This document shows, piece by piece, positions 12,868-25,119 of a DNA stretch of 64,000 nt (position 1 is its first letter; the number at the start of each line of letters is the position of its first letter). Origin of the DNA: Eledone cirrhosa (lineage: Eukaryota); the NCBI GenBank assembly GCA_964016885.1, contig OZ024742.1:161262001-161326000 (forward strand). Direction: 5' to 3'. Under the pieces are notes generated by a model. The model did no database searches. It saw only the letters and a list, made by a program, of their open reading frames with translations, and was not told the origin of the DNA. Both the position numbers and the translations under genes were made by a program.

Positions 12868-13140
12868 CTAAGATTAAAAAAAAAAAATAATAGATTTCCT
12901 TTTAATACTGCAGCAAGCATTTAAAGACCATTTTGACTGTTAGCTCTATAGTGACTATAGTTCTAATGAAATACAATCTATTTCAATTAATTAACTAATT
13001 AACTCTCATATCGTGTACCACATCAAACCAAATTAGCAAGACATTCTTGAAAAGTACAAAATAGCACAATGACTGTATCACATTAAAAATTCAAGTCTTT
13101 ACACATGCCATGGTAGTATATGGAAAGTATATATTAGGTG

Positions 13141-13895
13141 GATGAAAGAATGGTATTTAACTAATGTATTGGTACGCGATGGGGCCCACCCACAGCCCCG
13201 GCGGACAGAATGGAGAAGGCATTTCCCCGGTGAGGTAAAGTGGCCTGTTGCCACCCTATGTCGTCAAACTTGACGTTGCATATCCCCTCGGCTGCTGCTT
13301 GGATACAAGTATCGAGGTCAGCGAGGTGAGATGTCTGGGTGTAGCATGGAGCGCTGCGGAGTGTATAGAGAAGCTTCGGCATGGCGAAGCAGTTCCTCAG
13401 CAGAAAGAGAGCTGGGTGGCCGTCAATTAAGCCCAGTCGGCTCGTGAGAGTCTGGAGCTGTTGAAGACTGGACCTGATGGTGGAGCGGATGGCCGGCGGG
13501 TGGATCGGTGACCCGAGGATGAGAACATCATCTTTGTGGATCACCTGAACCTGGCGGAGAATGGACCGCACATCCAAGACGGAGGCTGCAAAGCTCGCAG
13601 CATCGAGGCTGACGTTCACCACCTCCGACTTGGCCGAGTTGACCTGGAGGCCGATTCCCGCCAGGGCAGGAATCACCGATTGAAGGTCTTGGCATACCGT
13701 CCGTACGGGCCCGCCCAACGTAGCATCATCCAGATACCAAACGTTGAGAAGGGCCGTGACACTCCGGGCGATGTGGTCAATACCAAGGGCGAACAGGAGG
13801 GGTCCCAAAAGGTTGCCCTGTTGGACCCCAGTAGCCGAGGGTATGACCGTATCAGCAGCTAGGAGCATGCTCGGGGCTCCATAGTCTAATGCCAC
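13141..13895 (-). mobile_element. CRE-like (RLE-clade) non-LTR retrotransposon, 5'-truncated and internally deleted
   Basis: GVQQGNLLGPLLF, WYLDD, LLRNCFAMPKLLYTLR and WQQATLP joined directly to the terminal RGNAFSILSAG. GC-rich. Same 3' end as the copy at 54661. Confidence 0.85.
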
Positions 13896-14667
13896 AAACG
13901 TTCACAATAATCAATCCACTAGTAAAGAAACTATAACCATTTGAATTAACAAACCTGTTTTTACATATCTTGTGTTAAATCATTACAGGATATTAAAAGT
14001 TAGTGAAAAGTTTCAAATATCAGCTTACTAATGAAAAGTTTAGTTATCTCAGTAAAGTCTTCAAATTTTCAAAATTAATTTGATACACATAGGCAGTGTA
14101 TGCCATTAAAATCAGTGCCATATTTTACAGATTATAACCCTTTCAAAACTGCATTTCTAATGAAATATACTCTGTTTTAATTAATTGATGAAGAATGTTG
14201 AGAGACTGACTAAAATCATCAATTATTTCATGACTAAAACATAAGGTTCTTATATAAAATTATGTTGGAAAATTTTAATTTAAATTGCAAACCTTTAAAA
14301 TTGGTGGCTTTATTTCATAGAGCCAGAGCCAGTTTTGGCCGGGTTGGTATCAAAAGCGTTAAATTACAAATGTTAGATGAAGGGTATAAAGTTTGTCATC
14401 ATAATTTTTTTATTATCATTCTACATCGTAATTCTAGTTGTACTATTTTAGTATATTACAAGTATTAGGAAGTATGAAAATAAATTTACTTTATTCTATT
14501 TATTGTTGAAATATTTAGTACATTTTTAAACCAAAAAAGTGAAAATAAATTTATTTTATTCATCGTGAGATTAAGAAAATTGTAACTTCTTTTAAAAAAT
14601 AGTTACCATTATTGGTGTAGAAGCGATTGCCACCGTGTTTACATTTGCTGAGATATTTGTGGTTTAA

Positions 14668-15264
14668 CCCTTTAGCATTTAAACCGGCCATATCCAGCCA
14701 GAATTCTCTCACCTCTTTCTGTTCAAACTGGGCATAACCAGCTGATCATACTTATGTTAAGGTAATATTTTCAAAATAAATAATATCAAAATCTCAAAGA
14801 TTCGATATTATCATCATCATCATCATCATCACCGTTTTACGTCCGTTCTTCCACGCTAGCATGGGTTAGACGGGTTGTCTTGTTGTGGGCAGTGTCTGGT
14901 CGGCTGACCATGCCTTGCTCATACAGGAACTGATTTGGCTTGATTTCTACAGCTGGATGCCCTTCCTAACACCAACCTCATTTACAGTGAGTGCTGGGTG
15001 CTTTTTCGTGGCGCCTACACGTCCACTTTACAGTGTGGGCTGGGTGCTTTTTTGCCGTGGCACCTCCACGACCACCTTGCGGTGGGGGGGGGGGGGGGGG
15101 GCATATTGTCTATATGCTTCAGCTTGTACCCATGGGAGGTTGGGTACTCTGTATTACTGCGTGACGCTAGAGGTCACGGCCGTGTGTCATTGCCTTTATG
15201 TGACATAAAGCCTTTACCACGAAAAATACAATAGTAAATATAGAGTAATGTAAATGCTAAAGGG
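14668..15264 (+). mobile_element. piggyBac-type MITE with a nested RTE-tail element (about 14810-15200, -)
   Basis: TTAA TSD and CCCTTTAGCATTT TIRs; internal (CAT)n plus ctggatgcccttcctaacaccaacc tail. Confidence 0.85.
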
Positions 15265-16534
15265 TTAATTTAAGGGCCACTGCAGTATTAGCCAATAACC
15301 CAAACTGACCCTTGACATAATAAAATACAAGGTGATTTTATGGGACATTTTTTGGAAAAAAAAGTGCTTCTTATAGGCCATCAAATACAGTAAGTAACAA
15401 ATGGGTTAATTCCCTAGATGCAGATATGGCTGTCTCTTTTCTTATACTGATGCTTCTACTTATGTCATTGTTATTGCCAAGCAAATGACTGATGATAACT
15501 ACAACAGTTTTAGGACTAGCTACAGCAACAACATTTGATGTAATGCTGAACACACAAAAACTAGGTCTCCTCTATTTTTATTTATCTATATATTTTATTA
15601 TATTTTATTTTATTTCTTCCTCTCTTCAGGAAGGTCTTGATCCAACCAGCTGTGTCTGGTACAGTTTTATAAAAAAAAAATGTTTAAAAGGCAAAAAGAA
15701 AAAGAAAAACACAATCTTAGAATTTCTGTGTTTGATGTTAAAACAGTATTGAAGGATTGGTCCCCACCTCTTGCTGCCTACCCTTACAACCCCCAACCCC
15801 TTGTTCAACACTGTTTTATGAGGTAAATATAAACAATATAGACAACTCCCTTCATCCTGTCAGATAATGTCCATAAGCTAGGGGGTGATGGTATTAGTGG
15901 CAATAGTGACAGTCTATTGGTGGTGGTATAGGTGATGGTGAAGCTGGTGATGGGTGTTGCTGATGGTTGCAATAGTAATAGTGATGTTGTTGATAAAAAT
16001 GAGAGAGAGGGGAGCAAGGAGAGAGAATAAGTATTGATATATATATATAAGAACAAAAGAACCTGCCTCCCCCAAACAAAATTCTTGATGACTTACAGAG
16101 TATGTTTGACATAATACTTTTCAACACTTTAACTTTATTGACTTACAATTATGGGTTTTTTTTATTGATCCAGTCTTTTCAGACATTCATTCACTCCATT
16201 CCCCACCCAGGTTTTGGAGGATGAGGGAAATTTAAGATGATCTGAGATGAAGATGGTTTGGGAACCTAATTTTTTCTTTTCTTTTTTTGTTAATTTGATT
16301 GATGTTTGGTGATAGGTGTTGTGGTAACACTTCAAAAAAAATCTTCAATGGGCAGAGGGGGAAGGGGTCAGAGTAGGGCAAATGAGGAGGTGTGATGTTA
16401 TGCATGTCAAGGTGAAGCAGATAAGTGAAAAAAAGAAGAAATAAGAAATAGTTTTGACTAAGTTGTTCTTCTTTTTTCCTCCTCACCCATTAAAACCATT
16501 TTATTTTTCCTTATTTGAAATAATAATGATAATA

Positions 16535-17220
16535 ATGGTTTATGATTTAGGCACAAGGCCAACAATTTTGATGAAGAGGAAATTTGATTAAATCAACCAC
16601 AGTGCATTACTGGTACTTTATTTTATCGACCCTGTAAGGATGAAAGTCAATGCTAACCTTGGCAGGATTTGAACTCAGAACCTAAAGGGCCATAACTATA
16701 TCCTGAAAAGCATAGTCCAACACTGTAACAATTCAGTTAATCCATAAGGGTTTCTTATATAGGGAAAAGGCCAGCAATTTTTGGGGAGGGGAAAGTCAAT
16801 TAAATTGACACCAGTGCGTGACTGGTACTTTATTTTTTCAACCCTATAAGGATGAAAGGGAAAGTTAACCTCGGCAGGATTTGAACTCAGATCATAAAGG
16901 GCCGTAACTCTATGTTGCAAAGCATGGCGTCTGATGCTCTACCGATAATGCCAATCCATCCATAATAATTGTTTCTACTTTTTGGCACAAGGCCTGCAAT
17001 TACACAGTGCATTACTGGTACTTTATTTTATCGACCCCCGTAAGGATGAAAGGCAAAGTTAACCTCGGTGAATAATGATGAGGATTTCTAACATTGACAT
17101 AATTTGGAGGAAGGGGAATGTTGATTGTGTCAACCTCAGTACTTAACTGGTATTTTATTTTATCAACCTTAGAAGGATGAAAGGCAAAGTAGATTTCAGC
17201 AGGCTTTGAACTCAGAATGC
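16535..17220 (-). mobile_element. Cluster of SINE-A and related older SINE copies
   Basis: Four successive gtactttattttatcgacccc..aaggatgaaaggcaaagt modules. Confidence 0.8.
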
Positions 17221-17796
17221 AGAAAATCATAATTAAATATCAAATAATGAGGATGAGGAAGAGGAAGAGAAAAACAAGGAAGAGGAATGGAAAAGAAGAT
17301 GTACTTTTTAAGAATATATATATATACGTAGGTGCCACGGCAAAAAAGCACCCACCACTCACTGTAAATGAGGTTGGTGTTAGGAAGGGCATCCAGCTGT
17401 AGAAATCAAGCCAGAATCAGTTCCCGTCCCACCCTTGCAAGCAGGGAAAAGCGGACGTAAAATGATGATGATGATGATGACAGGATTAGAGCTTGATAGA
17501 TTTTGCTCTGTATGCAAATGAGCTTCGTCAGCCAATGTTTATAAGCATAAAACCTTTAGCTTATTTTCGTCTTTGCATCCAAGAAGGAGTAAGCTCCTCT
17601 GACAATGGTTAACAAACCTGAAATGGCACCGTTAAAATGCTCTTCCTTGCGTGGTTGCTAAAGAGTAGTAGTGATTAATTACCACTTCTAAAATTTCATA
17701 GTGAGGCTATAAAAATGTATATTTACATAAACATTTCATATATGATTTAATATACAACCCCAGTCACACACACACACATATATATATATATATAAA

Positions 17797-20700
17797 TCTT
17801 GTATTTTCGTTTATTGTTAAATCATGCCCAAAATACGGCGATCTTATCTTAATCCTTACATTCTCGCTAACAACCCATCATCCCTCCCTCCCGCCCCCAC
17901 GCACCACCATTATTACGTGGACCAATCATAAGTCAGAGGCCCATACTATCGCTTAACTGGTTGCTTTTCGATATGATGGATGGACTACGGAATTCTGGAG
18001 AGTTGAAGAGAGAAAAATGTGGACGCTCAGCGACAATGCCAAAGATAAAGCCAAATTCACCTCGTGGACGAGAATGCAAGCACTCCTCCTTGTTTCGGCC
18101 CAGGATGGCTAATATAACCCCATCCCCCCCCGCGCCCCACCGCTCCCACCCTCCAAACGCAATCCAAAACTTCAGAGTTGGTACCATGAATGTAGGCACC
18201 TTAAAGGGTCGCTCGAACGAGGTTGTAGAAATGCTTGAACGTAAGGAGGTCGATGTTTGTTGTATTCAAGAGACCAGGTGGAGGGGAGGGTCGGCTAGAT
18301 TCATCGTGGGTAAAGAGCGATGCTATAAGCTTTTCTGGGTGGGAAATGACAATGGGTTGGGTGGGGTAGGAATCATGGTAGCAGAAAAGTGGGCAGATAA
18401 GATAATAGACGTAAATAGAGTGAACGACAGAATAATTAAAATAAGACTTGTCCACAATAAAACTACGGTGACAGTAATATCTGCGTACGCACCCCAATCC
18501 GGACAGCCCCGCGCTATAAAAGACAGATTCTACGAGACACTGATGCTCGCTACCTCCCAAATAACCGACAGTGACTATATAGTTATTGCAGGCGACCTAA
18601 ATGGTCACGTTGGACAACATTGTGACGGCTATGACGGAATCCATGGAGGCTATGGGTTCGGTACTAGAAATGAGGAAGGCTCCAGAATCCTGGAATTCTG
18701 CGACGCAAATAACTTAACTATCTGTAACACTAACTTCAAAAAACGAGACAATCACTTGATCACCTATAGGTCGGGGGAACACACAAGCCAGGTAGATTAT
18801 ATCCTTACCAGAAGACGTGACAGAGTGTCTGTTGTTAACACTAAATCCCACCCCCATGAAGAATTCACCTCCCAACATAGACTGATAATTAGCGACCTCA
18901 TAGTCAGGACGAGACGTACTAGACAGCGAAAGAGGACTATCCTCAGGAGAAAAATATGGAAGCTAAAGGACCCCATAGCCAGAAATAAATTTCAAAGCAA
19001 ATTACTTGACGCTTTCGACAGTAAGGAAGAGCAATTAGAGTCGTATAATATAGAGGAACAGTGGGAATTCCTGAGAGCAAACCTGCTGACGGCGGCAGAC
19101 GAAGTCTGTGGCTGGAGCAGGCCTGTAGGTAGGAGGAGAGTAACATGGTGGTGGAACAGTAAGGTGGAGGAGTCAATTAAGGCCAAAAAGCAGGCTTGGA
19201 AAGTATGGCGGGATGGGGGAAGTAGAGAAGACTATCAAGTGGCCAGGAGGGAAGCTAGGAGACAAGTGTACTTCGCAAGAAGGGAAGCAGAGGAAAGAAA
19301 GTTCAAGCATGTTCTACAACGTGAGGACCAAAAACGTGAGGTGTTCAGGATTGCCAGGCAATGTGTCAAGGAAAACCGTGATATTGTCGGGGAGAAGTGT
19401 GTACTTAACGATGATGGCATACTTGCCATCACCGACGCTGATAAGAAGGTAGCTTGGAAGTGTCACTACGAAAGGCTTCTAAATGAGGAGAACAAATGGG
19501 AGAAAGATAGTCTCCCCCAGATCGATCCAATAGAGGGACCAGCAGTGTTAGTTGAAGGTAGTATAATAAGTAAGGCAATCAAAGATATGAAGACGGGTAA
19601 GGCGGCTGGGCCTTCGGAAATAGTTGCTGAGATGCTGAAGGCATCTGGTTCGGTGGGACACACCATGGTCACCCGGATAGTTAACCAAGTCGTACAGAAT
19701 GGGGTTGTTCCGAAGGAATGGCGTAGCAGCATCATCGTTAACTGCTATAAGGGAAAAGGAGATGCCCTAGATAGGAGTAACTATAGAGGCATTAAATTAA
19801 TCGACCAGGTCATGAAGGTCACGGAAAAAGTAATAGCGCAACTAATCAGAGAGAGAATTGATCTAGATGAAATGCAGTTCGGGTTTGTGTCAGGCAAAAG
19901 TACCACAGACGCTCTTTTCATTGTACGACAACTACAGGAGAAGTACCTAGCTAAAAGTAAACCCCTATACTTAGCTTTTGTCGACTTGGAGAAAGCCTTC
20001 GACAGAGTCCCCCGTTCCATTATCTGGTGGTCTCTTAGAAAACTAGGTGTTGACGAATGGCTTGTGAGAGCTATACAAGCCATGTATAAAGAAACAGTCA
20101 GTAAGGTTAGAATTAACAACGAATATAGTGAAGAGTTTAGCGTAAAAGTTGGTGTCCATCAGGGCTCTGTACTTAGCCCCCTACTATTTATTATTGCCCT
20201 TCAGGCTATAACAGAGGAGTTCAAGACCGGCTGCCCATGGGAACTCCTATACGCAGATGATCTAACGCTCATAGCTGAATCAATGACCGAACTAGAGAAG
20301 AAATTCCAAACGTGGAAGCACGGCCTAGAATCAAAAGGCCTTAAAATTAACCTGGCTAAGACTAAAGTTCTAGTTTGTAGGAAAGAAAATAAGGCGGCGG
20401 TCCCATCGGGGAAATGGCCATGCTCAGTGTGTAGGAAAGGCGTAGGTAGAAACTCCATTTTATGTCCCAAATGCAAAGTATGGGTGCATAAAAGATGTAG
20501 TGGGATCACAGGTAAGCTAACTAAGAACATAGATTTTACATGTGGCCGGTGCTCTGGTGCAATAAGTAGCAGCAAGTGCCCACAAAATACTAGCTCCTTC
20601 AACTGCGCAGAGGGTTCTATAGAAATAGTGGATAGCTTCCGTTATCTGGGTGACAAAATCAGCAGTGGGGGAGGGTGCTCTGAAAGTACAGTAGCTAGAG

Positions 20701-21718
20701 TCAGAACTGGATGGAAAAAGTTCAGAGAGCTTATACCACTATTAGCCGCTAGAGGGTTCTCCCTAAAAATGAAAGGCAGGTTATACGATGCCTGCATACG
20801 AACAGCAATGCTGCATGGCAGTGAGACCTGGGCATTGTGTGCAGAGGATATACGCAGACTAGAGAGGAACGAAGCTTGCATGCTCCGCTGGATGTGCAAT
20901 AGTAATATACGTGAACGGCAAAGCATAAACGAACTAAGGAAAAAATTAGAAATAAGAGGGATCAGATGTTGTTTACTCGAGAGAAGGCTACGTTGGTACG
21001 GTCACGTGATGCGCATGAAAGACGACAGCTGTATAACAAAGTGCAGGGCAATAAAGATAGACGGTAGCCACGGAGTAGGCAGACCCAGAAAAACATGGGA
21101 CGAGCTGATAATTTCCGACCTCACACGCTTACACCTCTCCAAGACAATGTCACTGGACCGAGACCTTTGGCGGTACTCAGTAATAGAGAAGACCCGCCTT
21201 ACCTAAATACAAAGTAAAAACCTACTACAGTCAGTAGGCACCTCTATCAAAACACACCCCCGTCCCACCACCTCCACCTCCACCCCACCCACACCGCCCC
21301 TTTCAATGTAAAGTTATGTTGGCCCCACAACATCCAGGCCGAAACAAATGAGATCGTGTAGGTGTCACGACAAAAAACACACAGTCCACGCTGTAAATGT
21401 GGCCGTGTAGGCAACACGGTAAAAACCTCCCAGCCCCACACTGTAAATGTGGTTGGTGTTAGGAAGGGCATCCAGCTGTAGAAAACCCGCCAGACAGTCC
21501 ACGCTGTAATGTGGCCGTGTAGGCAACACGGTAAAAACCTCCCAGCCCCACACTGTAAATGTGGTTGGTGTTAGGAAGGGCATCCAACTGTAGAAAACCC
21601 GCCAGACAGTCCTATGCGAGCAAGACAACCACTCTTGCCTCAAGTGGGAAAACCCCCGTCCAAACCCATGCAAGCGTGGAACACGGACGCTAAACCTGAT
21701 GATGATGATGATGATGAT
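17797..21718 (+). mobile_element. Full-length RTE-clade LINE, apparently intact
   Basis: Single long ORF, 3' UTR with cctact-acagtc-agtagg hairpin, (GAT)n tail, flanked by (TA)n. The 5' boundary is approximate. Confidence 0.92.
17961..21206 (+). CDS. RTE LINE polyprotein: APE endonuclease, reverse transcriptase and internal PHD-type zinc finger
   Basis: Endonuclease motifs GTMNVGTL, CIQETRW, SAYAPQ, AGDLNGH, QVDYIL, SQHRL. RT motifs YRGIKL, QFGF, FVDLEKAFD, GVHQGSVLSP, YADD (20250-20261), FRYLG. RTE C-terminus RLRWYGHV..GRPRKTW. Likely start is ATG 17973 or ATG 18036 (MPK, conserved in copy 2). Confidence 0.93.
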   Translation: MLFDMMDGLRNSGELKREKCGRSATMPKIKPNSPRGRECKHSSLFRPRMANITPSPPAPHRSHPPNAIQNFRVGTMNVGTLKGRSNEVVEMLERKEVDVCCIQETRWRGGSARFIVGKERCYKLFWVGNDNGLGGVGIMVAEKWADKIIDVNRVNDRIIKIRLVHNKTTVTVISAYAPQSGQPRAIKDRFYETLMLATSQITDSDYIVIAGDLNGHVGQHCDGYDGIHGGYGFGTRNEEGSRILEFCDANNLTICNTNFKKRDNHLITYRSGEHTSQVDYILTRRRDRVSVVNTKSHPHEEFTSQHRLIISDLIVRTRRTRQRKRTILRRKIWKLKDPIARNKFQSKLLDAFDSKEEQLESYNIEEQWEFLRANLLTAADEVCGWSRPVGRRRVTWWWNSKVEESIKAKKQAWKVWRDGGSREDYQVARREARRQVYFARREAEERKFKHVLQREDQKREVFRIARQCVKENRDIVGEKCVLNDDGILAITDADKKVAWKCHYERLLNEENKWEKDSLPQIDPIEGPAVLVEGSIISKAIKDMKTGKAAGPSEIVAEMLKASGSVGHTMVTRIVNQVVQNGVVPKEWRSSIIVNCYKGKGDALDRSNYRGIKLIDQVMKVTEKVIAQLIRERIDLDEMQFGFVSGKSTTDALFIVRQLQEKYLAKSKPLYLAFVDLEKAFDRVPRSIIWWSLRKLGVDEWLVRAIQAMYKETVSKVRINNEYSEEFSVKVGVHQGSVLSPLLFIIALQAITEEFKTGCPWELLYADDLTLIAESMTELEKKFQTWKHGLESKGLKINLAKTKVLVCRKENKAAVPSGKWPCSVCRKGVGRNSILCPKCKVWVHKRCSGITGKLTKNIDFTCGRCSGAISSSKCPQNTSSFNCAEGSIEIVDSFRYLGDKISSGGGCSESTVARVRTGWKKFRELIPLLAARGFSLKMKGRLYDACIRTAMLHGSETWALCAEDIRRLERNEACMLRWMCNSNIRERQSINELRKKLEIRGIRCCLLERRLRWYGHVMRMKDDSCITKCRAIKIDGSHGVGRPRKTWDELIISDLTRLHLSKTMSLDRDLWRYSVIEKTRLT

Positions 21719-22666
21719 ATATGTGTGTCATGACAAAAAGCACCCAATACACACTGTAAATGTGGTTGGTGTTAGGAAGGGCATCCAGCCATAGAAACCA
21801 AGCCAAAATCAGTTCTGTGTGAACAAAACATGGTCCTCTCATCTAGATCAATCACAACAAGACACCAGATTCTACCCATGCTAGCATGGAAAATCGAAGT
21901 TAAACGATGATGATGGTGTGTTTCTTATTGGCAACATGACCCTCCCAAAGTATAACAATATATATATATATCCTTTAAGGCAGTTGCCTAACATGACTGC
22001 AGTCTGATGACTGAAACCAGTAAAAGGATAAAAGAGAGAGAAAGAAAAAAAGAGGTAAATTCTGCTTATTGAGAAAACTAACTCCAAAACACACCAAACA
22101 CACTTAAGAAGTGAAAAATGGAACAACAGCAGCAGCAAGAGTATAAAATAAATAAATTAAATAAAACAGATAAAATAAAAACAATAAAAATGGAAATAAA
22201 AACAGCAAGAAAACCAGGTTCTGTGGGTGTTTGGCAAGATGTGAGAAGAGGCCAGGCTGATCTTTGTGTGATACAGCTGGTGGTTCAGGTTTTATTTTAA
22301 ATGGGAACAGGATCAGAACAGAGGGACCCACAAGATATTCCCTTTTTGCAGTCAAAATATTGGGACCAAATGTCAAACAGCAGTTAAACATTATAACATT
22401 GATGTTATAATGTTGTAAGGTATTAGTAAGGTATGGTTGGTGTGTGTGGCGAGATGGGTTGAGGGGAGGTGACGTGTGTGTGTGGAGATTGAGGTAAGGT
22501 GTGAGGTGGGTGATATGTGTGAATGTATGTGGGGTGAGATGGGTGAGGTGAATGAAGTCCTTTGACCGCTTTGCTGGAGCTAGTGGAATAGCTCCCTTTA
22601 TTCCAGTATACAAGCTGATCTTTTATGTATGTCATTGTGTGTGTATGTCCATATATATATATATAT

Positions 22667-22773
<107 letters not shown>

Positions 22774-23057
22774 TATACATACATATATACGCACATATAT
22801 ACATATACACATACACACCTACATATATGTATACACCACATGCATATACAACACACACACATATATACATACATATACACACACATGCACACATATATGT
22901 CAGTGATCTTTTGTCAGTGAAGTTTCCTACCTACTGCACTGTTTAGACTACTAATAACTTTCTTTAACAAAAATATCACTGACAGACAAGCATCAAATTC
23001 TTCCTTCTGTTCTTGTTGTTCTTGTAAATGATGCTCTAAATGTATTACATCAAATGT

Positions 23058-23220
23058 GAAGGCACGTGGCTGAGTGGATAGAGATGTTCAGGTTCGATTG
23101 CTGGTGATGTATTGTGTCCTTCAGCAAAACACTATATTTCACATTTCTCCAGTTCACTCAGCTAACTACGGCGAGTTATATGTGTAATTCGAAGGACCAG
23201 CCTTGTTTCATACTGTGTTC
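23058..23220 (+). mobile_element. Degenerate tRNA-headed CORE-like SINE
   Basis: ggcacgtggctgagtggatagag..ggttcgatt head and gtgtccttcagcaaaacactatatttcacatt core. Confidence 0.6.
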
Positions 23221-23569
23221 AGAGCTAGAGTGAGGGGTGGGCTCCACCGTCTAAAAATGGTCAAGATATGTTGTATGCAACAACAGTTCCCCTTTGACTC
23301 CAAGAAAGGTTGATGGTCTCATACACACACACACATATACCGTGTCCTAAACATTAAGACTCTTTTCCTACTATATCAAGCATTAAACTAATATAATCTT
23401 CATTGTACTGTGTTGTTTGCTTTGTTGTTTTCCATTTACTTTTTGCATATATATATAAACTCAGTTCTGTGTGAGCAAAACATGGTCCTCCGATCTGGCT
23501 TGTCTCACAATGAGAGTTCATCTAACCTATGCTAGCATGGGAAATGGACATTAGGCAACAATGATGTAT

Positions 23570-24460
23570 ATAATAATAATAATGATAATAATGAAATTAT
23601 TGTGTACAGTGCTCAGGTGCACTACAACTCATCAAAGGTACATGTGTAGTAGTACATAGAATAATGTGCAAATGTCAGGAAAATGAACAGTGTACGAGTC
23701 ATGAAATACATGTGTGCGTGTGTATGGAGGGGCAACATCAGGTGTAGTGTTGGTGAATCTCAGGAAGCATGGAGGTTTTAAAGGATGCAATGTCTTGACA
23801 GCTAACAACTGATGCAGGTAGTTTATTCCATGCTTCAGCAACTCTGAACATGAAAAAATGTTTCCAAAAGTCATAGGAGCTGTGCTGTTTTCTGACTTTG
23901 TAGGCATGCCCACGTGTGTTAGACACATTGAGATCAAAAAGATGCTCAGGGTTGTTGTTGGCACCAATTTTGTGGGTGTTTACCAAGTCAGTTGCCAGAT
24001 GTCGGAGCTTCAATGTATCCATGCTCAGGGAAGCAAGGCGTTCTGAGTATGGTAGATCTCCGATGGAGGGTATTCACTTGGTTGCATGTTTCTGGAGTAT
24101 TCACTTGGTTGCATTCAATCGCTGCTAACAGTGATGCCCAGGTCACATTCACAAGAAGACTTCTTGATATTAGTGTTGTGGAGGGAGTATGTGGACGCTG
24201 GGTTTTTACTCCTTAATGCATGAAGGTACACTTGTCCACAGCCAACTTGAGATGCCATCCATTGTTGCATTGTGTTCAGGTCTGATTGCAGGAAAGATCT
24301 ATAGTGTTCAAGATCTGTCCTTTTTATCTCAAGGTACAGCTTGATGTCATCTGCATATTTCAGTACTGTGGAATTCTTTAAGTTGGCATCTATGTCATTA
24401 ATATATGCCACAAACAAAAGGGGACCAAGAACAGATCCCTGTGGTACACCAGACATTCTG
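23570..24460 (-). mobile_element. CR1-clade LINE 3' fragment (pseudogenised RT)
   Basis: SGVPQGSVLGPLLFVAYINDI, KYADDIKLY, TRGHAYKV..HFFMFRVAEAWNKLP; (ATT)n tail. Confidence 0.88.
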
Positions 24461-24671
24461 TATACATTATGACATTATGTATACATATATCATAACGTCC
24501 ATTTTCCATGCTAGCATGGGTTAGACAGGCTGTCTCGTATATATCATCATCATCATCATCATCACCGTTTTACATTCATTCTTCCACACTAGCATGGATT
24601 AGACGGGTTGTCCTGTTGTGGGCAATGCCAGGTCAGGTGACCATGTCTTGCTCATACAGAACTGATTTTGG

Positions 24672-24715
<44 letters not shown>

Positions 24716-24747
<32 letters not shown>

Positions 24748-24892
24748 GTTTAACGTCCATGTTCCACGCTTGAATGGGTTTGGACGGGAGTTTTCCCACT
24801 TGAGGCAAGAGTGGTTGTCTTGCTCGCATAGGACTGTCTGGCAGGTTTTCTACAGCTGGGTGCCCTTCCTAACACCAACCACATTTACAGTG
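24716..24892 (-). mobile_element. 5'-truncated RTE 3' end
   Basis: Reverse complement of about 21550-21718; (CAT)n abuts (TA)n. Confidence 0.85.
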
Positions 24893-25119
24893 TATATATA
24901 TATATATATACATATATTCCATTTTAAAATGTTCTATTAGCTATATCATGCAAGAGTGAGTGGGTGATTAAATAAGTATTACTACCCCCTCCACCCAAAC
25001 ACACAGCCCTACCCCCCTGTATCATATACAGCTAGATGTTAGAGATATATGCTTGTATTTTTGTTGTCTTTTTTGTTGTTGTAGTTGTTTTATTTATTTT
25101 ATTTCTTTATTCTGTAGCA

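Noticed and set aside
18201-20926. Antisense ORFs within the RTE (and their equivalents in copy 2)
   Set aside because: Shadow frames of the long sense ORF; shared between copies only because the copies are recent duplicates.
21998-22030. ctgatga-ct-gaaac hammerhead-like motif
   Set aside because: No room for stem II and no stem I/III pairing; matches a SINE tail also seen at about 34815.
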